A DNA stretch of 32,000 nt from Blochmannia endosymbiont of Camponotus nipponensis (lineage in GTDB: Bacteria > Pseudomonadota > Gammaproteobacteria > Enterobacterales > Enterobacteriaceae): positions 300,001-332,000 of the forward strand of contig NZ_CP046534.1 of assembly GCF_009827135.1 (NCBI RefSeq). Direction: 5' to 3'. Position numbers and translations under genes: made by a program. A model generated the notes under the pieces. It ran no database searches. It had not been told where the DNA came from and saw only the letters and a program-made list of their open reading frames with translations. Shown piece after piece: positions 1 to 11,321 of this stretch. Numbering within the stretch: position 1 is the first letter of the stretch; every line of letters starts with the position of its first letter.

Positions 1-1812
1 ATCGATATTAAGATCCTTATCTCTCCAACATAAAGAACATACATCCATGCTCAATAACAATCTAGCACATCTAAAAGGACCATATAATTTAAATTTTCCA
101 TATACACTTCCACTTAATTCAGGTACAATTGTACTGAGATCTGGAGCTACAAGCATTATATTACAAACAGACGCTTCTTCCTTTAAGTCTCCTTTTATTT
201 CTAACATGTTAGAGCCCCACTTGATTGATAATGCAGGAATTTTCCATTTCCCAATTGAATTGATATATAATGCGCCTATACATGAGATACGATTATTTTC
301 TATACTCCCATGGAGATTTACGTTGGACACCACTACATCCCAAATATTAGAACACAAACGCCCCTGATTAGTAATATTGCCTGATAATTTGATAGGATAT
401 TTCAACCATTTTTGAAAAATATTGATTTTATTTAATACAAATACACTATTCCAACTAATCATATCGTTCCAATTCACCACTCCTTTCATCTCAATATATC
501 CATCCAAAACGGTTGCTCTCAATTTAGAAATAATACAACCATTAACATCTCCTTGAACATCCATAACTATACGTGCTGATGAAAATGTGGCACCACTTAA
601 TTTCGAAGTTACTTGAATACAATAATTTCGTACTCCACCATCTAAATAAAAATCAAACTCTTCTACCAAAGCATCATTCTTTCCCAAAAAATAAAGTGGT
701 ATTTTTCTGCCCACCACAGATATACTTATAGGCACACCAAATTGCATTATCCTAGTTTTTAATAATACATGCACTGTAGCAATAGCACCTAAAAAATCAC
801 ATTTAAGGCATAACTCATTATACAACTCCCCCGTAATAACTAATTTTATCTGACTTACATCTCTATTCTCAATATTATCAGAACTGCTGCTAGTATTAAT
901 AGCATCACATAAAATATAATTAGCTATGATGTTTATTGGGTAATACTCTTGAAATATTACATTACCTGTTATGTTAAAATAACCGTATGGTAATTTAATG
1001 TTCAATTTAATATTTGCAACCTGATTACATAAATATGTTTGTAAAAAAAAATAATTAACTACATAACGATGGTTATATTTATCAAAAATATAACAATTCT
1101 CTCCTTTTATATCCTCTACAATGATATTTAAAGGAATATTGCAATAAGACAATGTTGTTAATAATTGATTAGATAATGATCTTAATAAAAACTTTATATT
1201 CCAATTACTACTATACCTATATATATTTATCGCGTTAGTTTTAACATTTGACATATTTATATCAGTAATATTTACAACCGCTCCTTTGATATTTACAGGC
1301 AACACTGTCAATAAATTATTTTGAAATATCAATCCAGCATCTAATTTTATTAACTCAAATATAACATTATTTACTTTAATACGAGTATTATGCAATGTCA
1401 CATTTTTTAATATTATAGGAAAGGGAACAGAAAAAATATTATCTTTTTTTATTTTTTCATATCTTTTATGTTCTTTATGTATCATATCAGTTTTATTTAT
1501 TTTTATATGAACATTTTCTAAAAAAAGATGATCAATATATATCTGTTTATTCCATATACATTTTAGATTTAAAAAAATATTACATTTATCAACGGCAATT
1601 GTACCCATTGATGTATTGTATACCATATTATTTATATTGAAATCACCCCACCCGCCAGAAACAGAATCAAATTTCAATCCAGGAATACAATATGTAATAC
1701 CTGTGAGAGTTAAATATGTTCCTACATTAGTGCCTAATAAAAATATAAAAACTCCACACATCATTACAGTCCATAATAAAAAAATCACACAGATTTTATT
1801 TATAAAGCTCAT
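1..1812 (-). CDS. tamB: TamB (YtfN), inner-membrane subunit of the translocation and assembly module. N-terminal 604 codons only; the 3' end lies beyond the window start.
   Basis: It is absent from the ORF track because no stop falls in the window. Read on the reverse strand from ATG 1812 (ATGA overlap with the tamA stop TGA 1809-1811), the frame is stop-free to position 1: MSFINKICVIFLLWTVMMCGVFIFLLGTNVGTYLTLTGITYCIPGLKFDSVSGGWGDF...PFPIILKNVTL...MISWNSVFVLNKIN...KLSGNITNQGRL... This is collinear with E. coli TamB landmarks (N-terminal TM anchor, VPGL..GGW.D, PYPITL..V, ISW....L.GIN, KLNG.I..RGSL). It sits directly downstream of tamA, as in E. coli. Confidence 0.85.
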   Translation of the reverse strand, partial: MSFINKICVIFLLWTVMMCGVFIFLLGTNVGTYLTLTGITYCIPGLKFDSVSGGWGDFNINNMVYNTSMGTIAVDKCNIFLNLKCIWNKQIYIDHLFLENVHIKINKTDMIHKEHKRYEKIKKDNIFSVPFPIILKNVTLHNTRIKVNNVIFELIKLDAGLIFQNNLLTVLPVNIKGAVVNITDINMSNVKTNAINIYRYSSNWNIKFLLRSLSNQLLTTLSYCNIPLNIIVEDIKGENCYIFDKYNHRYVVNYFFLQTYLCNQVANIKLNIKLPYGYFNITGNVIFQEYYPINIIANYILCDAINTSSSSDNIENRDVSQIKLVITGELYNELCLKCDFLGAIATVHVLLKTRIMQFGVPISISVVGRKIPLYFLGKNDALVEEFDFYLDGGVRNYCIQVTSKLSGATFSSARIVMDVQGDVNGCIISKLRATVLDGYIEMKGVVNWNDMISWNSVFVLNKINIFQKWLKYPIKLSGNITNQGRLCSNIWDVVVSNVNLHGSIENNRISCIGALYINSIGKWKIPALSIKWGSNMLEIKGDLKEEASVCNIMLVAPDLSTIVPELSGSVYGKFKLYGPFRCARLLLSMDVCSLCWRDKDLNID

Positions 1813-3550
1813 AAATCTGGTCCTAAATTGACGTACAAATATAAAAATCTATGATTTATTTTTCCTCTATGCACCAATGGAGTTGCTATGTCTAATTTTA
1901 TAGGGCCTATTGGTAATTGCCATCGCACCCCAATACCTATTCCAGATTTAAAATTATTCCATTTAACATCATTAGTAATCTCTCCTGCATCTATAAAAAT
2001 AGCTCCCCACCATTTACTAATTATATTATATTGATATTCAAATGTAGTAGTAATCAATTTAGTAGCGACATCTATAAAACACTCAGAATTATCACACAGA
2101 TATAAACATTTATATTTGTATCCACGAATACCACTGTCTACTCTGGAAAAAAATCGTAATGGTAAATTAATAGATGAAAAATTGTTAGTGTCTATCCAAC
2201 TTAAATTTCCACGAATTAAAAAACGATGTTTTTCTAACAACGTACGAATCCAAGTATTTTGCGCTTGCACAGCAATAAAATTAATATCTGACTTCCAACA
2301 ATTATTAGATACATGAATTGAGTAACGCTGACTATCCCCCCAATATAACGCGACTTCATCACGTTTCCGAATGCGATATATACTTATCCCCGGATAAATC
2401 AATCTTACATTTTTAGTAACACAATTCTTAGAGCACTGATTACAGTACCAGTAGACATTAATTGCACGTTTCCATTGATGAGAACAATTCCAATAACGAG
2501 CTACATTCATAGTTACAATACTAGACTGAATCTTATGTGTATCTTCATGTATTAACCCTCCTTGCAATAAATAACATTGCTCTAATGGATTACTAAAAAG
2601 TGGAATTTTATAGCTTAAATCGATAAATTGCTCTGAAGTAGATAAACTAAAATTACTTTCTAAACTATGTCCATACGCATTAACCCACGGTTTTTTCCAA
2701 ATAATTTTAGTGCGTAGACCTGTATCAACAGCATAACCAAACCCAGTTGCAAAATTATTTTTACTGCAAGGATACAGTAAAACATCTAATATTAATTTTT
2801 TTTTTGATGACAATGCACATAATCTGAAGAAATCGATACTGACTCGAACCAATTAGTAGAAGAAAGCCGACGATTCAATGCCATAACAGATTCAGCACTA
2901 TAATATTCTCCTGGGTGTATATTAGATATATTTTTTAAATAATTTTCTTTAATGTGACTACCATGAAATTTAATTCTTTCAAAAACATAACGTTGGCCAC
3001 TAAAAAAATCTATATTCCAAATACTCTGATGACGAGACGGTATAACAACAAGTTGACTATTTTGAAATTTAGCGTCAAAATACCCTTTAAATAATGCCAA
3101 ATTATACAGTTTGTTTTTAAACTGTTCATAATCGTTGTGATTTAATTTTTTTCCAATAAAAGACCTACTGTCTTTTACTATTTTCTGATAATCAACATCT
3201 TTTATGCCATCTCCACTGAGGATAACATTCACTTCGGTAACTATAACTGGCATTCCAGGTTCAACTTTAATAACTAACAGATCAGGATCTGCTGTATTTA
3301 AAGACTGAAATGAAAAAAAAAACAACGTAGGCGCATAATAACCTAATGGACGTAATCCAGATCTAATTGCAGTATCTATTTTTTTTTTCAAACCCGAATC
3401 TACATAATTTACATTAGTATTAATATCCGATAATCTTTTACGTACATTATACTCTAATTCACTATCTAATCCTTCTACTCTTAAACTAATATCACTATTA
3501 CACATCAACGGTATAAATAGATAAACTATCAAATATAATCGTACCATCAT
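1809..3550 (-). pseudogene. tamA: TamA (YtfM) outer-membrane Omp85-family protein, interrupted by a single frameshift inside an A10 tract. It may still be expressed through slippage.
   Basis: ORF 2792..3550 carries a signal peptide (MMVRLYLIVYLFIPLMC) and a POTRA region (LRVEGL..RSGLRPLGYY..LNRRLSSTNWF). ORF 1809..2852 carries the barrel (KKPWVNAYGHSLE, WGDSQRYSI, IRGYKYK, GVRWQLPIGPIKLDIA, LGPDL end). Together they align end to end with E. coli TamA. The frame change occurs within T10 at 2796..2805 (A10 on the coding strand). Confidence 0.85.
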
Positions 3551-3995
3551 ATATTTTTATTGTCCTTGCACGTATATTAAATACTAAGTATATAAAATTT
3601 TAAATGCAAACAGTATTAATAAACCAATTATAAATATAACATATTTATTAAAAATAAACCTTATCACAAACATCTTATATTATTTGTAAACTATTCAATA
3701 TAATAAATATACAATTACTAATTTTTTAAAACATACAGTTTTAATTAAAAAAATTAATTTTTATCAATCAAAAAACAACAATTTTCTCATAATAACATAT
3801 ACAAACATGAATATTTCTATTGATTCTCAAATCACCATTCTTTAATTAATATAAAAACTCAATATGTCACATCTCACATGTAAATCTAAGTAATAATCCT
3901 GATAAACAAAACTTATAAATTAAAATTTTTAAGTACTGATGATAATTATTAATATCACAATAATATGGATATAAAAATATCAGCATATAATCAGA

Positions 3996-4754
3996 TTAAT
4001 TTAATGAAACTTGAAAACCTGGATTTAAAAAAGATCGATTAATATTTTTATAATGTAAAGGATTACCATACCAATCATTAACTACAGCACCAGCTGTCAT
4101 TGCTATTGCATGTCCAGCAGCTGTATCCCAAATTTTAGTATAAGAAAATCTCGGGTAAAATTGTACACTGCCTTCTGCTATCAAACAAAACTTAAATGAT
4201 GATCCAATATTAATAATTTTATAATTTTTTAATGTTTTTAAATAATTATGCAATTTATATTGATCGTAACATATATTATTACTACGGCTCATCACTACAA
4301 TTGGATTATGAGATGTACGTACTGAAATATTTAAACGTTTTCCTTGAGAATTAATTTTCCATACTTGCCCATTATCTGCTGCATATAATATATTATACAC
4401 AGGAACATATACCACTCCCATAATAGGTTGCCCATATTCTATAAGAGCAATATTAACAGTAAATTCACCATTATGTAATAAAAAATCCTTAGTTCCATCT
4501 AAAGGATCTATTAACCAAAAACAATTTTTATCTCTACATTCTTTCCATTTAGTGATATCTTCTTCAGATAAAATTGGAATATCAGGTGTCAAATGTTTCA
4601 ACAAACACATGATAATTTTATGAGAAAATAAATCAGCATTAGTTACAGGAGATGTATCTAATTTTTTATATCTATATAACTTTATACTCCTATTGTAAAT
4701 TTTCATAACTTCTGCTCCAGCTACGCGAGCAATACAACTTATTTTTTCAACCAT
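3996..4754 (-). CDS. cysQ: 3'(2'),5'-bisphosphate nucleotidase CysQ
   Basis: MVEKISCIARVAGAEVMKIY..SPVTNADL..ILSEED..WLIDPLDGTKDFL..GEFTVNIAL..IGSS.KFCL.AEG....YPRF..T..WDTAAGHA is collinear with E. coli CysQ. ATG 4754 aligns with E. coli Met1. An upstream in-frame ATG at 4772 (the ORF-track start) is the alternative. Confidence 0.85.
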   Translation of the reverse strand: MVEKISCIARVAGAEVMKIYNRSIKLYRYKKLDTSPVTNADLFSHKIIMCLLKHLTPDIPILSEEDITKWKECRDKNCFWLIDPLDGTKDFLLHNGEFTVNIALIEYGQPIMGVVYVPVYNILYAADNGQVWKINSQGKRLNISVRTSHNPIVVMSRSNNICYDQYKLHNYLKTLKNYKIINIGSSFKFCLIAEGSVQFYPRFSYTKIWDTAAGHAIAMTAGAVVNDWYGNPLHYKNINRSFLNPGFQVSLN

Positions 4755-5030
4755 TCCATAATGGAATATCATAATAATATATATCCTACTAATTTTTAGT
4801 ATACTCCTAAATATATATTCACAACATATATCAATAATAAATTTACAAAATCTACGCTTGTTTTTAAGCCACCATATACACTACAATTGTCCGTTAATTA
4901 GATATTCTAAAATTTTTTATATAGCTATAAGTAAACAAATTCACACTATATTTTATTATTGTACAAAAGTAATAAATGAAAAAAATCTTTTTTTATAACA
5001 CATAATAAAAAATTATTACATTATTCGTAG

Positions 5031-5501
5031 TTATTTACTATTAGAATCTTGGCTAAGAACAACAACGTTTATTTTAGCAAAAATTTCATTATAAATGTGA
5101 ATATATACATTGTATGTGCCAATAGTTCTTAATACATCATGATTAGGTAACCTAATCTGAGATTTATAAATATTAAGACCAGAAGCTTTTGTGATAGCAG
5201 TAGCTATATCACGAGCACCAATAGAACCAAATAATTTCCCTTCCACGCCTGATTTAACTCTAATAATAACACTACCTAATTTATTAATTGTTTCTGCATA
5301 AAATTCAGCTTTATTCTGTGCTTCCACAGCTTTAGTTTGCAATTCAAGCTGTTTTGCTTTATATATTTCGAGATTTTTTTTTGTAGCTTGCATTGCTTGA
5401 GATTTTGGTATTAAAAAATTTCGCGCATAACCCGCCCGTACTGTAATTTCTGAACCTATACTTCCAAGTTTGTCAATATTATTTAGTAATATAACTTTCA
5501 T
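5031..5501 (-). CDS. rplI: 50S ribosomal protein L9
   Basis: ORF 5031..5609 trimmed to ATG 5501, which has GGAG 5 nt upstream. MKVILLNNIDKLGSIGSEITVRAGYARNFLIP..GKLFGSIGARDIA matches L9. The longer ORF would overlap rpsR. Confidence 0.95.
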   Translation of the reverse strand: MKVILLNNIDKLGSIGSEITVRAGYARNFLIPKSQAMQATKKNLEIYKAKQLELQTKAVEAQNKAEFYAETINKLGSVIIRVKSGVEGKLFGSIGARDIATAITKASGLNIYKSQIRLPNHDVLRTIGTYNVYIHIYNEIFAKINVVVLSQDSNSK

Positions 5502-5550
5502 TATCACTCCCATTATAACATATAAAATTATATTAATCCAACAATCCAAA

Positions 5551-5778
5551 TTACTGATGATGATCAGTATACGGCAACAAAGATAAATAACGTGCCCTCT
5601 TAATAGCACGAGCTAATTGTCTTTGGTATTTTGCCCGTGTTCCAGTAATTCTACTTGGAATAATCTTTCCGCTCTCTATAATAGAATACTGTATTGTAAC
5701 GAGATCTTTATAATCAATATTAATACATTTTTCTGCCGTAAATCTACAAAATTTACGATGACGTAAAAAGCGTCCCAT
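5551..5778 (-). CDS. rpsR: 30S ribosomal protein S18
   Basis: ORF 5551..5817 trimmed to ATG 5778, which has GGAG upstream. [61 protein letters not shown] is nearly identical to E. coli S18. Confidence 0.95.
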   Translation of the reverse strand: MGRFLRHRKFCRFTAEKCINIDYKDLVTIQYSIIESGKIIPSRITGTRAKYQRQLARAIKRARYLSLLPYTDHHQ

Positions 5779-6005
5779 AACTAACTCCATATGTCCAATG
5801 TAAATGTTTGTATACATTTAATTATTGTGTTATAATCAGTTATGTTACTTTTATAATCAACATACGTAACACAACAAATTTATACACCTGCAATACTATT
5901 TATTCTAAAAATTCACAAAAATTAATTAAATAAATATAATATCTAAATATTTCTTTATGAAAACATGCAATTTACTTCATGATTAAAATACACACATTAT
6001 ATATA

Positions 6006-6368
6006 TTAGTTGTTCTGTGTACCAATCACATGACACTCTCGGTTCTCTTCCTTCTTCTGCATCATAGGAGATGGATCAATTATCGCATACTTAGTCCTAA
6101 TGATCATAGTACGCAAAATAGCATCATTAAACCGAAAAGCATCATTCAATTCTGTAAGAGTATCCTGAGACACTTCTATATTCAATAACACATAATAAGC
6201 TTTATTCAACTTTTTAACTGGATATGCTAATTGACGACTCCCCCAATTTTCTGTACGATGAATTTTTCCTCGAGCATTAACAACTATTTCTATATAGTTA
6301 TTAATTATACTGGAGATTTGTTCGTTGCAATCAGGATGTACCATAAGAACTATTTCGTAATGACGCAT
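6006..6368 (-). CDS. rpsF: 30S ribosomal protein S6
   Basis: [13 protein letters not shown]....I......G.IHR.ENWG.RQLAYP..KL.KA.YVL.N is the S6 signature. It is the first gene of the rpsF-(priB)-rpsR-rplI operon arrangement. Confidence 0.95.
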   Translation of the reverse strand: MRHYEIVLMVHPDCNEQISSIINNYIEIVVNARGKIHRTENWGSRQLAYPVKKLNKAYYVLLNIEVSQDTLTELNDAFRFNDAILRTMIIRTKYAIIDPSPMMQKKEENRECHVIGTQNN

Positions 6369-6551
6369 TACTGTATTCCTTTCATTCTAAAATTTTTCAC
6401 CTTATTTAAATTAATAATATTCTTATAACAAATTATAAAATATTCACTTTATTTATGTATTCTACCCGTAAACAACTTTGTTTAATATAAATTTGCACAA
6501 CATCAAATTTCCATGATTCATCGCAATACCATATAATATTAATCGATTATA

Positions 6552-7295
6552 CTATTTAAATTTCTCACGTTGTCTTAATGCTTCAAACAAACATATTCCT
6601 GTAGCCACTGAAACATTAAGTGATTCTGCAGCCCCTAACATAGGAATAGTAATTAGTTCATCACAATTTTTCTGAGTCAAATAACGAATACCATTCCCTT
6701 CGGAACCCATTACAAAAGCCAACGGTCTAATTAATTTACTTTCAAAAATGAAACGTTTAGATTGCACAACAGTACCAATAATCCAAATATTATTTTTTTG
6801 AAGTAATCGTAATGTCCTCACTAAATTAGTTACTTGCATAAAAGGTATATGATCTACAGATCCACTGGCTACTTTTCTAACCGTACCATTTACAGATGCT
6901 GAACGATCACGTGGTACAATAACCATATGTGCTCCAGCTGCATCTGCAGATCGCAAACATGCTCCTAAATTATGTGGATCAGTGATGCCATCTAATATAA
7001 CCAACAATGGTATAGTTTTACATTTCATTAAAAAATTAGGTAAATCACTTTCTTGTATACAATATTTTTTAGCTATTTTAGCAACAATACCTTGATGCAA
7101 CGCACCTTGCACTTGAATATCTAACCGTCGACGATCACATTTTTGAATGCTAATTTTATATTGTTTTATTTGATCAATTAATACCCGTAAACGCAAATCC
7201 TTAGATTTTAAAGAAACATACACAGATAAAATTCGCTTTGAATGATTATCTAAAACAGATTTTACAGCATGTATACCATACACTAATTCGCACAT
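6552..7295 (-). CDS. rlmB: 23S rRNA (guanosine-2'-O)-methyltransferase RlmB (SpoU/TrmH family)
   Basis: The ORF-track start at 7328 is a TTG. The first ATG, at 7295, gives MCELVYGIHAV, which aligns with E. coli MSEMIYGIHAV. Motifs present: ILDGITDPHNLGACLRSADAAG, VMGSEGNG.R, IPM.G...SLNVSVATGICLFEA. Confidence 0.87.
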   Translation of the reverse strand: MCELVYGIHAVKSVLDNHSKRILSVYVSLKSKDLRLRVLIDQIKQYKISIQKCDRRRLDIQVQGALHQGIVAKIAKKYCIQESDLPNFLMKCKTIPLLVILDGITDPHNLGACLRSADAAGAHMVIVPRDRSASVNGTVRKVASGSVDHIPFMQVTNLVRTLRLLQKNNIWIIGTVVQSKRFIFESKLIRPLAFVMGSEGNGIRYLTQKNCDELITIPMLGAAESLNVSVATGICLFEALRQREKFK

Positions 7296-7491
7296 TTTAT
7301 ATATTAAAACAATTGTTTCAGCACACAATTTTCAAATATCCTAAAATATTTACATATCCATACTCTATTACTAAAATTGTCAATTATAAATTATCATAAA
7401 TAACATATAAATATTTCAGATTTAAAAAATTTTATTTATCAATAAAAAAATCATCTACTACTTAGTAGTAAGTATCAGTTCCTTATATTAA

Positions 7492-8793
<1,302 letters not shown>

Positions 8794-8937
8794 CTAAAAT
8801 CACCTTTCCAATGTAAAAATTATTACTAATAAATACTAGATACATATATTCTATTTTCCATATCATATAATCATATATTATTTATCAAACAAAAAATCAT
8901 AACTACTCAGCACATATACACCACTTTCACTACACAA

Positions 8938-9963
8938 CTAATTATTAATATTTGACAATCCTTTTGGTGATTTCATAAAACGTAAAAAATCAGTTTCTGC
9001 ACTTAATACCATAAGATCGTTGTTGTTTTTCTTGAAACTATTTTCATATGCACGTAAAGTACGTACTAAAGCATAAAATGATGGATCTTCATTAAAAGCA
9101 GTAGCATATAATTTAGCAGTTTCTGCATCAGCTTCACCTCTAATAATTAAAGATTGACGTTTAGCTTCAGCTAAAGTACGTGTTACTTCATAATCTGCTG
9201 TAGCACGTAATTTCTCTGCTTCTTCCCGTCCCTGTGACCTATGACGTCTAGCAACAGCATCACGCTCTGCGCGCATACGCTGATAAATTGCATCAGACAC
9301 TTCTGTCGGCAAATTAATTTGCTTAATCCGCACATCTACTATCTCAATACCCAATGCAGCCATACTATTTGGATTAATTACATCAGAAACACGATATTGT
9401 TCTTTCGTTGAAATATCACTATCTTTTAAAAAAAAATTAAATCTTTTTATCTCTTTGGAATGAAATGCCGGTATTTCTTCCCCTGAAGTACCATTATTTA
9501 ATGATACACAAACATCAGTCATCAATTGATTGCGTGAATCGGTTACAATACCTTGAACATTTAATCTTCCTAATTCTGAACGTAAACGATCATAAAATTT
9601 TCGTTTTATTAATACTTCTGCTTGAGCAATATCACCCCCTCCTGTTGCCAAATAATATCGACTTAAATCACTAATACGCCATTTAACATAAGAATCAATA
9701 ATCAAATCCTTTTTTTCCATAGTAACAAAACGATCCGCTTGATTATCCATAGTTTGAATACGTGAATCTAAAATTTTAATCGTCTCAATAAATGGAATTT
9801 TTATATGTAGTCCAGGATTATAAATTAATGGATTATTATCTGTATCACGTAACACCTTATCAAAACGTAATATAATACCTTTATGCCCCTCTTCTATCGA
9901 AAATAAAGAAAAAAACAAAACTACTATTACACATATAATAAATGAAAAAACATTTCGGAACAT
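8938..9963 (-). CDS. hflC: FtsH protease modulator HflC
   Basis: SPFH/band-7 protein. Contains LRFDKVLRD.DN.PL.Y.PGLH.KIPFIET.K.LD.RIQTMDNQADRF and INLPTEVS.AIY.RMRAER.AVARRHRSQG.EEAEKLRATADYEVTRTLAEA, almost identical to E. coli HflC. The ATG at 9963 abuts the hflK stop (TAA 9964-9966). Confidence 0.95.
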   Translation of the reverse strand: MFRNVFSFIICVIVVLFFSLFSIEEGHKGIILRFDKVLRDTDNNPLIYNPGLHIKIPFIETIKILDSRIQTMDNQADRFVTMEKKDLIIDSYVKWRISDLSRYYLATGGGDIAQAEVLIKRKFYDRLRSELGRLNVQGIVTDSRNQLMTDVCVSLNNGTSGEEIPAFHSKEIKRFNFFLKDSDISTKEQYRVSDVINPNSMAALGIEIVDVRIKQINLPTEVSDAIYQRMRAERDAVARRHRSQGREEAEKLRATADYEVTRTLAEAKRQSLIIRGEADAETAKLYATAFNEDPSFYALVRTLRAYENSFKKNNNDLMVLSAETDFLRFMKSPKGLSNINN

Positions 9964-11265
9964 TTATGACTCTCTCCCTTTACGCACAATATCAACACGT
10001 TGTATATTATCCTGTCTTTGACCTAATATTTTTTCTTCAGGTATAGTATTAATATGACGAGATAGTTGACGATTATTTTTTGATATTAACTGTGAATGAT
10101 CAATATTAGAATCACTAGTAGCACATGTTTGATGTAAGTTAAAAGTATCATCGATGTTATCAACACTATCAGAATATGATACCGTATTGCTATTATCTTT
10201 TATTTGTTTCACTCGACCTGAAGGCAATAATAATACATTTTGAGTATTTTTTGAATTTATAAATATTTTTCTAGTATTACTTAATACACGTTCCATGGAA
10301 TTTATGTATAATCTTTCACGAGTAATTTCAGGAGCCGCTTTATATTCTGGCAAAATTTTAGAAAATCTTTGTACTTCTCCTTGCGCTTCTAAAATAGTAC
10401 GTGCTTTATACGCACGACCTTCCTCTAAAATACGCTGCGCGTGCCCATTAGCACGTGGTTGCACTTCATTAGCATACGCTTCAGCTTCACGAATATATTG
10501 TTGTTCATTTTCCCGAGCAGCAATAGCATCATCAAACGCTGCTTTTACCTCTTCTGGGGGACGAGCTGTTTGAAAATTTACGTCTAACAAAGTAATACCC
10601 ATATTATAAGGAAGTATAGTTTTCTCTAAAACTCTTCGAGTATCACTACGTACCACCGTACGTCCTTCTGTTAAAATACGATCCATATTATATTTTCCAA
10701 TAACCCCACGCAAAGCACTATCAGTAGCTTGACGCAAGCTATCATCAGCATCAATAACATTAAATAAATAATTTTTTGGCTCAGTTATACGATATTGCAC
10801 ATTCATCTCTACTCGAACTACGTTTTCATCTGAAGTTAACATCATACCAGAAGCCGCCAATTCACGTACCGACTCTACATTTACCGGTATTACTACATCA
10901 AAAAAAGTAGGTTTCCAATTTAACCCTGGTTGTACTAAATGATGATATTTCCCAAATCTTAAAACTACTCCACGCTCCGCCTCTTTAATCGTGTACAAAC
11001 CACTAACAACCCAGACAAACATAATAATCATCAACATTAAAATTATAAAAAATTTTTTATTTTTAGAAAATTTCTCCAAATCTTTATTTTGATTACTAAA
11101 TATACTGAATTTATCAGTTATTTTATCTAAATATTTATCTGAATTTAATATACTAAATTTAGATTTCTTCTTATCCTGAGAAGAAGAACGATCCACATCG
11201 TTCTTATCATGATGCCCCCATGGATCATGAATATACTTATAGTTATTGAAATAATTACAAACCAT
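9964..11265 (-). CDS. hflK: FtsH protease modulator HflK
   Basis: The ORF-track start at 11298 is a GTG. ATG 11265 is preceded by GAGGAAAAT (a good SD) and gives MVCNYFNN..DPWG, which parallels E. coli MAWNQPG..DPWG. The core GLYTIKEAERGVVLRFGKYHHLVQPGLNWKPTF...ARPPEEVKAAFDDAIAARENEQQYIREAEAY.NEVQPRANG.AQRILEE matches HflK. Confidence 0.93.
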   Translation of the reverse strand: MVCNYFNNYKYIHDPWGHHDKNDVDRSSSQDKKKSKFSILNSDKYLDKITDKFSIFSNQNKDLEKFSKNKKFFIILMLMIIMFVWVVSGLYTIKEAERGVVLRFGKYHHLVQPGLNWKPTFFDVVIPVNVESVRELAASGMMLTSDENVVRVEMNVQYRITEPKNYLFNVIDADDSLRQATDSALRGVIGKYNMDRILTEGRTVVRSDTRRVLEKTILPYNMGITLLDVNFQTARPPEEVKAAFDDAIAARENEQQYIREAEAYANEVQPRANGHAQRILEEGRAYKARTILEAQGEVQRFSKILPEYKAAPEITRERLYINSMERVLSNTRKIFINSKNTQNVLLLPSGRVKQIKDNSNTVSYSDSVDNIDDTFNLHQTCATSDSNIDHSQLISKNNRQLSRHINTIPEEKILGQRQDNIQRVDIVRKGRES

Positions 11266-11321
11266 ATTTTCCTCACATATTACATGAACGAAATACACTA
11301 TTCTTCTTTATTTTAACAACA

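Noticed and set aside
47-2316. Plus-strand ORFs 47..367, 1616..1831, 1917..2105 and 2116..2316.
   Set aside because: All lie antisense to the continuous tamB/tamA reading frames, which have clear TamB/TamA homology. Their products look like translated AT-rich noise.
5502-5609. Long N-terminal extensions offered by the ORF track: rplI to 5609, rpsR to 5817, rlmB to 7328, hflK to 11298, amiB to 15534 and ribB to 30840.
   Set aside because: Several of these track starts are TTG/GTG codons shown as M. Internal ATGs with SD-like sequences align exactly with the E. coli N-termini. The extensions add hydrophobic junk and would create implausible gene overlaps.
5979-6428. Plus-strand ORFs 5979..6188 and 6231..6428, and similarly 30818..31003 in the ribB upstream spacer.
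   Set aside because: The first two are antisense to rpsF. The third is an N/K/Y/I-rich 61-aa frame in AT-rich spacer with no SD and no homology I can recognise.
7443-7470. A hairpin TACTAC-TAA-GTAGTA followed 5 nt later by T7 on the reverse strand, downstream of purA, as a possible terminator.
   Set aside because: The stem is only 6 bp with two GC pairs, and the T-run is displaced from the stem base. This is too weak to annotate.
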